DNA of 5,142 nucleotides, from the IMG/VR virus record IMGVR_UViG_2693429584_000012, one strand, 5' to 3'. Under the pieces are notes generated by a model. That model was not told the DNA's origin and did not search any database. It saw only the letters and a list, made by a program, of their open reading frames with translations. Below, one piece after another: positions 1 through 5,142 of this stretch. The position numbers and the translations under genes are program-made. Positions within the stretch are counted from its first letter, which is position 1, and each line of letters starts with the position of its first letter. Source of the stretch: a virus. Taxonomy: Duplodnaviria > Heunggongvirae > Uroviricota > Caudoviricetes.

Positions 1-65
1 CTTTCCAGAACCATACGGACTGCCCGTTGACGGACTTCAGGGGAAAAACGAGTATTTTTAGTCAT
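1..65 (-). CDS. IS3-family transposase OrfA, N-terminal fragment (partial; continues past window start)
   Basis: Reverse complement of 1..65 translates from ATG (complement of 63..65) as MTKNTRFSPEVRQRAVRMVLE, which I recognise as the start of IS629/IS1203-type OrfA. No stop within the window. Not in the ORF track because it runs off the edge. Confidence 0.8.
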   Translation of the reverse strand, partial: MTKNTRFSPEVRQRAVRMVLE

Positions 66-119
66 CCTGTTTACCTCTTTCTCAGGAAGTTTAGTCTCCA
101 GGATTCCCGGGGCGGTTCA
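1..119 (-). mobile_element. IS3-family insertion sequence (IS629/IS1203-like), terminal ~119 bp including inverted-repeat end; element continues beyond window start
   Basis: The minus strand of 1..65 encodes a transposase OrfA N-terminus. Reverse complement of 101..119 reads TGAACCGCCCCGGGAATCC, i.e. the element ends with the TG typical of IS3-family termini. Lambda ninB-homologous sequence begins immediately at 120. Identity is recalled from memory, not searched. Confidence 0.8.
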
Positions 120-459
120 AACCATTCAGGAACGCAACCGCAGCTTAGACCAAAACAGGAAGCTATGGGCCTGCTTAGGTGACGTCTCTCGTCAGGTTGA
201 ATGGCATGGTCGCTGGCTGGATGCAGAAAGCTGGAAGTGTGTGTTTACCGCAGCATTAAAGCAGCAGGATGTTGTTCCTAACCTTGCCGGGAATGGCTTT
301 GTGGTAATAGGCCAGTCAACCAGCAGGATGCGTGTAAGCGAATTTGCGGAGCTATTAGAGCTTATACAGGCATTCGGTACAGAGCGTGGCGTTAAGTGGT
401 CAGACGAAGCGCGACTGGCTCTCGAATGGAAAGCGCGATGGGGAGACAGGGCGGCATGA
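120..459 (+). pseudogene. ninB: ninB (lambda Orf146 family) 3' fragment, truncated at its 5' end by the IS insertion
   Basis: Frame 1 from 121 translates TIQERNRSLDQNRKLWACLGDVSRQVEWHGRWLDAESWKCVFTAALKQQDVVPNLAGNGFVVIGQ...[11 protein letters not shown] then stop (TGA 457..459), matching the C-terminal ~112 residues of lambda NinB as recalled. There is no in-frame start codon between the IS junction and the GTG at 241, so the N-terminal ~34 codons are missing from this side. Confidence 0.85.
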
Positions 460-638
460 GACGACAGCGACGAAGTTTCACCGACATCATCTGCGAAAAC
501 TGCAAATACCTTCCAACGAAACGCTCCAGAAATAAACGCAAGCCAATCCCAAAAGAATCTGACGTAAAAACCTTCAACTACACGGCTCACCTGTGGGATA
601 TCCGGTGGCTAAGACATTGTGCGAGGAAAACAAGGTGA
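456..638 (+). CDS. ninE: NinE protein (lambda Orf60 family)
   Basis: ATG at 456 overlaps the ninB stop (ATGA). Translation is [60 protein letters not shown] (60 aa), near-identical to lambda NinE as recalled. The 396 start in the ORF track is an upstream extension inside ninB. Confidence 0.85.
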   Translation: MRRQRRSFTDIICENCKYLPTKRSRNKRKPIPKESDVKTFNYTAHLWDIRWLRHCARKTR

Positions 639-805
639 TTGACCAAAATCGAAGTTACGAACAAGAAAGCGTCGAGCGAGCTTTAACGTGCGCTAACTGC
701 GGTCAGAAGCTGCATGTGCTGGAAGTTCACGTGTGTGAGCACTGCTGCGCAGAGCTGATGAGCGATTCGAATAGCTCGATGCACGAGGAAGAAGATGATG
801 GCTAA
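635..805 (+). CDS. ninF: NinF protein (lambda Orf56 family), Cys-rich
   Basis: GTG at 635 overlaps the ninE stop (GTGA) and is preceded by GAGGA at 623..627. Translation is (M)[55 protein letters not shown] (56 aa), matching lambda NinF. The ORF-track start at 593 is a longer, less likely alternative. Confidence 0.8.
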   Translation: MIDQNRSYEQESVERALTCANCGQKLHVLEVHVCEHCCAELMSDSNSSMHEEEDDG

Positions 806-1418
806 ACCAGCGCGAAGACGATGTAAAAACGATGAATGTCGGGAATGGTTTCACCCTGCATTCGCTAATCAGTGGTGGTGCTCTCCAGAGTGTGGAACCA
901 AGATAGCACTCGAACGACGAAGCAAAGAACGCGAAAAAGCGGAAAAGGCAGAAAAGGCAGCAGAGAAGAAACGACGACGAGAGGAGCAGAAACAGAACGA
1001 TAAACTTAAGATTCAAAAACTCGCCTTAAAGCCCCGCAGTTACTGGATTAAACAAGCCCAACAAGCCGTAAACGCCTTCATCAGAGAAAGAGACCGCGAC
1101 TTACCATGTATCTCGTGCGGAACGCTCACGTCTGCTCAGTGGGATGCCGGACATTACCGGACAACTGCTGCGGCACCTCAACTCCGATTTGATGAACGCA
1201 ATATTCACAAGCAATGCGTGGTGTGCAACCAGCACAAAAGCGGAAATCTCGTTCCGTATCGCGTCGAACTGATTAGCCGCATCGGGCAGGAAGCAGTAGA
1301 GGAAATCGAATCAAACCATAACCGCTATCGCTGGACTGTCGAAGAGTGCAGGGCCATCAAGGCGGAGTATCAACAGAAACTTAAAAAACTGCGAAACAGC
1401 AGAAGTGAGGTTGCATGA
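795..1418 (+). CDS. ninG: NinG (Rap-like recombination-associated protein, lambda Orf204 family)
   Basis: 207-aa ORF starting [52 protein letters not shown]..., near-identical to lambda NinG as recalled. GAGG at 785..788 precedes the ATG at 795. The start overlaps the ninF 3' end. Confidence 0.92.
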   Translation: MMAKPARRRCKNDECREWFHPAFANQWWCSPECGTKIALERRSKEREKAEKAEKAAEKKRRREEQKQNDKLKIQKLALKPRSYWIKQAQQAVNAFIRERDRDLPCISCGTLTSAQWDAGHYRTTAAAPQLRFDERNIHKQCVVCNQHKSGNLVPYRVELISRIGQEAVEEIESNHNRYRWTVEECRAIKAEYQQKLKKLRNSRSEVA

Positions 1419-2080
1419 ATATCTACGAAAGAATTGATGGCAGCAAATACCGAAATATTTGGGTAGTTGGCGATCTGCACGGATGCTACACGAACCTGAT
1501 GAAAAAACTGGAGACGATAGGATTCGACACCAAAAAAGACCTGCTTATCTCGGTGGGCGATTTGGTTGATCGCGGTACAGAGAACGTAGAATGCCTGGAA
1601 TTAATCACATTCCCCTGGTTCAGAGCTGTACGTGGAAACCATGAGCAAATGATGATTGATGGCTTATCAGAGCGTGGAAACGTCAATCACTGGCTGCTTA
1701 ATGGCGGTGGCTGGTTCTTTAATCTCGATTACGACAAAGAAATTCTGGCTAAAGCTCTTGCCCATAAAGCAGATGAACTTCCGTTAATCATCGAACTGGT
1801 GAGTAAAGGAAAAAAATATGTCATCTGCCACGCCGATTATCCTTGTGATAAATACGAGTTTGGAAAGCCAGTTGATCATCAGCAGGTAATCTGGAACCGC
1901 GAACGAATCAGCAACTCACAAGACGGGATCGTGAAAGAAATCAAAGGCGCGGACACGTTCATCTTTGGTCATACGCCAGCAGTGAAACCACTCAAATTTG
2001 CCAACCAGATGTATATCGATACTGGCGCAGTGTTCTGCGGAAACCTCACATTGATTCAGGTACAGGGAGAAGGCGCATGA
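1415..2080 (+). CDS. ninI: Serine/threonine protein phosphatase (lambda PPase, Orf221 family; calcineurin-like metallophosphatase)
   Basis: 221-aa [35 protein letters not shown]...GDLVDRG...GNHE..., carrying the GDxHG / GDxxDRG / GNHE metallophosphatase motifs and near-identical to lambda protein phosphatase as recalled. Its ATG overlaps the ninG stop (ATGA). Confidence 0.95.
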   Translation: MNIYERIDGSKYRNIWVVGDLHGCYTNLMKKLETIGFDTKKDLLISVGDLVDRGTENVECLELITFPWFRAVRGNHEQMMIDGLSERGNVNHWLLNGGGWFFNLDYDKEILAKALAHKADELPLIIELVSKGKKYVICHADYPCDKYEFGKPVDHQQVIWNRERISNSQDGIVKEIKGADTFIFGHTPAVKPLKFANQMYIDTGAVFCGNLTLIQVQGEGA

Positions 2081-2700
2081 GACTCGAAAGCGTAGCTAAA
2101 TTTCATTCGCCAAAAAGCCCGATGATGAGCGACTCACCACGGGCTACGGCTTCTGACTCTCTTTCTGGTACTGATGTGATGGCTGCTATGGGGATGGCGC
2201 AATCACAAGCCGGATTCGGAATGGCTGCATTCTGCGGTAAGCATGAACTCAGCCAGAACGACAAACAAAAGGCTATCAACTATCTGATGCAATTTGCACA
2301 CAAGGTATCGGGGAAATACCGTGGTGTGGCAAAGCTCGAAGGAAATACTAAGGCAAAGGTACTGCAAGTGCTCGCAACATTCGCTTATGCGGATTATTGC
2401 CGTAGTGCCGCTACGCCGGGCGCAAGATGCAGAGATTGCCACGGTACAGGCCGTGCGGTTGATATAGCCAAAACAGAGCAGTGGGGGATAGTTGCTGAGA
2501 AAGAGTGCGGAAGATGTAAAGGCGTCGGTTATTCAAGAATGCCAGCAAGCGCCGCATATCGCGCTGTGACGATGCTAATCCCAAACCTTACCCAACCCAC
2601 CTGGTCACGCACTGTTAAGCCGCTGTATGACGCTCTGGTTGTGCAATGCCACAAGGAAGAGTCAATCGCAGACAACATTTTGAATGCGATCACACGTTAG
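2077..2700 (+). CDS. Q: Late gene antiterminator Q (lambda Q family)
   Basis: 207-aa [67 protein letters not shown]... with a CRDCHGTG...CGRCKGVG zinc-binding motif, essentially lambda Q as recalled. Its ATG overlaps the phosphatase stop (ATGA). Confidence 0.95.
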   Translation: MRLESVAKFHSPKSPMMSDSPRATASDSLSGTDVMAAMGMAQSQAGFGMAAFCGKHELSQNDKQKAINYLMQFAHKVSGKYRGVAKLEGNTKAKVLQVLATFAYADYCRSAATPGARCRDCHGTGRAVDIAKTEQWGIVAEKECGRCKGVGYSRMPASAAYRAVTMLIPNLTQPTWSRTVKPLYDALVVQCHKEESIADNILNAITR

Positions 2701-2742
2701 CGCCATGATTGCCACGGATGGCAACATATTAACGGCATAATA

Positions 2743-2790
2743 TTGACTTTTTGAATAACTTTGGGGAAACTTGACACCAATAATGGGCGT
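2743..2790 (+). promoter_or_regulatory. Late promoter pR' with overlapping qut (Q-utilisation) site
   Basis: About 40 bp after the Q stop: TTGACT (2743..2748), a 17-bp spacer TTTTGAATAACTTTGGG, then GAAACT (2766..2771). This aligns position by position with lambda pR' (TTGACT-TATTGAATAAAATTGGG-TAAATT) as recalled. It is followed by TGACACCAATAATGGG, containing a -10-like AATAAT in the position of the lambda sigma70 pause-inducing element. Confidence 0.6.
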
Positions 2791-2912
2791 TTTTTACATG
2801 TCATTGATGAGTCTCAATAACCTGCCGCCGAGTAGTTTTTATGCTCTGAATTGTATTTGTGTAGTAAACATGCTGACTGCAATGTAATAGAGTTTTTTTA
2901 GCCTGTAACCTC

Positions 2913-2962
2913 TTGACGGCATTGAATTGCTTTTGTTATGAGTTGTAAGCCAATGTTATCAT
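2913..2962 (+). promoter_or_regulatory. Candidate sigma70 promoter(s) of the cargo membrane-protein gene
   Basis: Option 1: TTGACG (2913..2918) with an extended -10 TGtTATGAG (2934..2942). Option 2: TTGTTA (2933..2938) with an extended -10 TGtTATCAT (2954..2962). Either would start transcription just upstream of the GGGGTGG Shine-Dalgarno and the ATG at 2980. Predicted by eye only. Confidence 0.35.
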
Positions 2963-2979
2963 CTTGTATTGGGGTGGTT

Positions 2980-3696
2980 ATGAAGGATGGTGCGCTGCTC
3001 AGGAGTTCTTCACTTTTTATTGCCTACATGGGATGCCTTGGATGGGGGAGTGCTTATTTCTATGGATGGGGTACTTCTTTTTACTACGGCTTCCCATGGT
3101 GGATTGTAGGTGCAGGTGTTGATGATGTTGCCAGAAGTTTATTTTTTGCAGTTATCGTCATTGCTATATTTCTTATCGGTTGGGGTATTGGTGTTGTATT
3201 CTTTTTCGCAGTGAAAAGAAAACATTCTATGCAAGAGCTAAATGTATTTCGCCTTTATTTTGCTGTGGAATTATTGTTTGTGCCGGCAATTATTGAGTTT
3301 TCTATATTGAGACAGAAGATTCAGGTACCTCTTTTGCTACTGTCAGCAGCGATTGCGCTGGCGGTTACAATTTCGATAAGATCTTATGGGCGATTTTTAT
3401 CGGTATCATGCTTCTATGATAAGCCATTTATAAAAAAACATTTTTTTGAGATTGTGATGATTGCTTTTGTGGCATATTTCTGGCTTTTTTCATTTCTGAC
3501 AGGATATTACAAACCACAGTTTAAGAAAGAATATGAAATGATTAATTATAATGATGGTTGGTATTATGTTCTTGCTCGTTATGATAATTGTCTGGTTTTG
3601 TCTACTTCTTTCAATGCAGGTAGTAAAAGGTTTGTCATTTATCAATCAGCACAAGATAAGAATCTTCAGGTTGATATTGTAAGGACCAGAATTTAA
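2980..3696 (+). CDS. Hypothetical polytopic inner-membrane protein (cargo/moron gene; about 4-5 predicted transmembrane segments plus a ~65-residue C-terminal soluble domain); function unknown
   Basis: Long ORF in frame 1 ending TAA 3694..3696. The preferred start is ATG 2980, preceded by GGGGTGG 3 nt upstream; the longest-ORF start is ATG 2938, which has no RBS and lies inside the predicted promoter. Hydrophobic stretches include SLFFAVIVIAIFLIGWGIGVVFFFAV, LYFAVELLFVPAIIEFSIL, VPLLLLSAAIALAVTISI and FFEIVMIAFVAYFWLFSFLTGYY. The gene is strongly AT-rich compared with the flanking phage genes. I recognise no homolog. Confidence 0.7.
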   Translation: MKDGALLRSSSLFIAYMGCLGWGSAYFYGWGTSFYYGFPWWIVGAGVDDVARSLFFAVIVIAIFLIGWGIGVVFFFAVKRKHSMQELNVFRLYFAVELLFVPAIIEFSILRQKIQVPLLLLSAAIALAVTISIRSYGRFLSVSCFYDKPFIKKHFFEIVMIAFVAYFWLFSFLTGYYKPQFKKEYEMINYNDGWYYVLARYDNCLVLSTSFNAGSKRFVIYQSAQDKNLQVDIVRTRI

Positions 3697-3829
3697 TTGG
3701 CTGCATAAATAATATTTTAAGTTGCAAGTTGGCTATTCGTAGGAATAGAACCTTAGGCATGCTGAATGCGTTTTCTGAACATTGTTTTATAAACTGTGTC
3801 TGCTTGCTGTTGTGATCCTGCTTTTAGTG

Positions 3830-3940
3830 ATGGTGATGATGGATTTCACCAGCAGGATAATGTTGGTACTGACTGATGGCGCTCTGGTCTGCGGCATTGT
3901 GGTATTGCTGTGGCCGATGATGAAAGAACAGAATGAATAA
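3830..3940 (+). CDS. Candidate small hydrophobic (single-TM) peptide, 26-36 aa depending on start; speculative
   Basis: Frame 2 ORF MVMMDFTSRIMLVLTDGALVCGIVVLLWPMMKEQNE ending TAA 3938..3940. Alternative starts are ATG 3836, 3839 or 3860. It has a hydrophobic core with a charged C-terminal tail. No convincing Shine-Dalgarno; it could be a chance ORF or a gene remnant. Confidence 0.2.
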   Translation: MVMMDFTSRIMLVLTDGALVCGIVVLLWPMMKEQNE

Positions 3941-3943
3941 TTC

Positions 3944-3972
3944 TTGACTTTTTTGTTTACTGTTTATTAAAA
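3944..3972 (+). promoter_or_regulatory. Promoter-like element sharing the ATAAT..TTGACTTTTT core with pR'
   Basis: TTGACT at 3944..3949 followed by a T-rich spacer and TATTAA/TTAAAA -10-like hexamers at 3965..3972. The -35 side resembles the pR' -35 region at 2737..2753. Weak -10; speculative. Confidence 0.25.
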
Positions 3973-4126
3973 AATCAACCGCATGGTGAATCCTCCTTGG
4001 AGGGGCTAAATGATCGAGTTTTAAGGGCACGTAGCGAGTTCTGTTTGATCATTGCAGAACTTAGCGGGAGGCGCCATGCGTACATCACTAATGTTATTTC
4101 CTTCTATCATTTTCCTTGTGAGTTCT

Positions 4127-4153
4127 GGCTGCGCATGGCGCGGCCTTTTTTTT
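4127..4153 (+). terminator. Rho-independent (intrinsic) terminator
   Basis: GGCTGCGC (4127..4134), loop ATG, GCGCGGCC (4138..4145) forms an 8-bp GC-rich stem with one U-G wobble, followed immediately by TTTTTTTT (4146..4153). It lies 87 nt upstream of the nanS-p start. Confidence 0.65.
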
Positions 4154-4239
4154 ATGACCTGCCACTGGCAGATGGTCATCCTGTGATTTGATTCCGCTTC
4201 CGGCTTTTTAACTCTGTTCCTCTACACGGGAGAAATTCG

Positions 4240-5142
4240 ATGTCGATTAAACATTACGATGTTGTCAGGGCGGCGTCGCCGTCAGACCTTGCGGAAAAGC
4301 TGACACACAAACTGAAAGAGGGCTGGCAGCCATACGGCGGATCGGTTGCCATTACGCCGTACACACTGATGCAGGCGGTGGCTATTGAAGGAGAGCCACA
4401 GGTCGGCCCTTCATCTGAGCCGGATTGGTACTACGTCATCGTACTGGCCGGGCAGTCCAATGCCATGGCTTACGGTGAAGGGCTTCCGCTGCCGGATTCA
4501 TACGATGCTCCGGATCCGCGCATTAAACAGCTGGCGCGCCGCAGTACAGTGACGCCGGGCGGGGCTGCCTGCAGATATAACGATATTATTCCGGCTGACC
4601 ACTGTCTGCATGATGTGCAGGATATGAGTACGCTGAATCATCCGAGGGCTGACCTGAGCAAAGGGCAGTACGGCTGTGTCGGCCAGGGTTTACATATTGC
4701 CAAAAAACTGCTCCCGTATATCCCGAATAACGCGGGGATCCTGCTGGTACCATGCTGTCGTGGTGGTTCGGCATTTACCCAGGGCGCGGAGGGGACATTC
4801 AGCGAGTCCACGGGGGCCAGTCAGGATTCGGCACGCTGGGGGGTGGGCAAGCCGTTATATCAGGATCTGATTTCCCGCACAAAAGCGGCATTGCAGAAAA
4901 ATCCCAAAAACGTTCTGCTGGCCGTCTGCTGGATGCAGGGTGAGTTTGACATGAGCGCCGCCACCCACGTACAGCAACCTGCGCTGTTTACAGCCATGCT
5001 GACACAGTTTCGTGCTGACCTCTCCGTGTTTAACGCGCAGTACCATGGTGGCAGTGCTGCAGATGTGCCGTGGGTTTGTGGTGACACGACGTATTACTGG
5101 AAAAATACATACGCTACCCAGTACGACACCGTGTACGGCGGG
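4240..5142 (+). CDS. nanS: Prophage-encoded sialate O-acetylesterase (NanS-p type; DUF1737-like N-terminal domain plus SASA/SGNH esterase domain), 5' partial; continues past window end
   Basis: ATG 4240 preceded by GGGAG at 4228..4232. Frame 1 is open for 301 codons to the window edge: MSIKHYDVVRAASPSDLAEKLTHKLKEGWQPYGGSVAITPYTLMQAVAIEGE...DWYYVIVLAGQSNAMAYGEG..., with the GQSN catalytic-serine block typical of SASA-family esterases. Missing from the ORF track only because there is no stop inside the window. Confidence 0.8.
   Translation, partial: MSIKHYDVVRAASPSDLAEKLTHKLKEGWQPYGGSVAITPYTLMQAVAIEGEPQVGPSSEPDWYYVIVLAGQSNAMAYGEGLPLPDSYDAPDPRIKQLARRSTVTPGGAACRYNDIIPADHCLHDVQDMSTLNHPRADLSKGQYGCVGQGLHIAKKLLPYIPNNAGILLVPCCRGGSAFTQGAEGTFSESTGASQDSARWGVGKPLYQDLISRTKAALQKNPKNVLLAVCWMQGEFDMSAATHVQQPALFTAMLTQFRADLSVFNAQYHGGSAADVPWVCGDTTYYWKNTYATQYDTVYGG

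Noticed and set aside
192-590. 132-aa minus-strand ORF
   Set aside because: Antisense to the well-supported ninB and ninE coding sequences. No RBS and no recognisable domain. Typical shadow ORF.
396-638. 80-aa + ORF from the track beginning inside ninB
   Set aside because: It is the ninE frame extended upstream into ninB. The lambda-like NinE N-terminus (MRRQRR...) begins at ATG 456, which overlaps the ninB stop.
593-805. 70-aa version of ninF starting at GTG 593
   Set aside because: The homologous NinF begins MIDQNR in lambda. GTG 635 has a GAGGA Shine-Dalgarno and overlaps the ninE stop, so the 635 start was preferred.
693-1016. 107-aa minus-strand ORF
   Set aside because: Antisense within ninF/ninG. 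Low-complexity translation (Leu/Phe/Ser-rich) with no support.
1486-1686. 66-aa minus-strand ORF
   Set aside because: Antisense inside the phosphatase gene. No RBS or homology.
2203-2442. 79-aa minus-strand ORF
   Set aside because: Antisense inside Q. Shadow ORF.
2797-2886. 29-aa + ORF (MSLMSLNNLPPSSFYALNCICVVNMLTAM) in the pR' leader
   Set aside because: No RBS, lies in an AT-rich untranslated leader, no features of a real gene.
2700-2940. tRNA genes expected between pR' and the cargo (as in Stx phages)
   Set aside because: I scanned for tRNA-like T-arm (GTTCGAATC-type) and acceptor-stem pairing and found nothing convincing. The GGTTCAAACC near 114..123 is the IS end/ninB junction, not a tRNA.
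2938-2979. Upstream extension of the membrane-protein ORF to ATG 2938 (252 aa)
   Set aside because: No Shine-Dalgarno, and the ATG sits within the predicted promoter -10 region. ATG 2980 has a GGGGTGG RBS. Kept as an alternative start only.
3824-4030. 68-aa minus-strand ORF ending in HHHHH
   Set aside because: GTG start without RBS. The His run is an artefact of reading the GTGATG repeat in reverse. Overlaps promoter-like and palindromic sequence.
3997-4191. 64-aa + ORF from the track
   Set aside because: Starts at TTG inside the CCTCC/GGAGG palindrome, reads through the terminator hairpin, no RBS at a proper distance. Judged spurious.
4194-4209. Second small hairpin CCG-CTTC-CGG followed by CTTTTT
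   Set aside because: Only a 3-bp stem, too weak to call a terminator.
4586-5087. Five short overlapping ORFs on both strands (4586..4774, 4676..4870, 4752..4943, 4855..5046, 4860..5087)
   Set aside because: All lie within and out of frame with, or antisense to, the long open nanS-p frame (4240 to window end), which has clear esterase motifs.

Overview
This window is the late-regulatory segment (nin region, Q, post-Q) of a lambda-like prophage with E. coli/Shigella-type sequence. Left to right on the + strand: (1) the left end of an IS3-family (IS629/IS1203-like) insertion sequence, with the transposase orfA start on the minus strand, interrupts ninB; (2) a compact, translationally coupled block ninE-ninF-ninG-Ser/Thr phosphatase-Q; (3) a lambda-type pR'/qut late promoter directly after Q; (4) a roughly 1.2 kb AT-rich cargo insert with its own promoter-like signals, encoding a polytopic membrane protein of unknown function and possibly a small hydrophobic peptide, at the position where Stx phages carry stxAB; (5) a strong intrinsic terminator; (6) the first 301 codons of a nanS-p-type sialate O-acetylesterase running off the window end. 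No tRNA, rRNA, CRISPR array or stx sequence was seen. The most interesting candidate for an undescribed function is the membrane-protein cargo gene at 2980..3696. All identifications rest on reading the translations and on recall of lambda proteins; no database search or computation was run. The supplied ORF track omits the two ORFs that run off the window ends (IS orfA and nanS-p).
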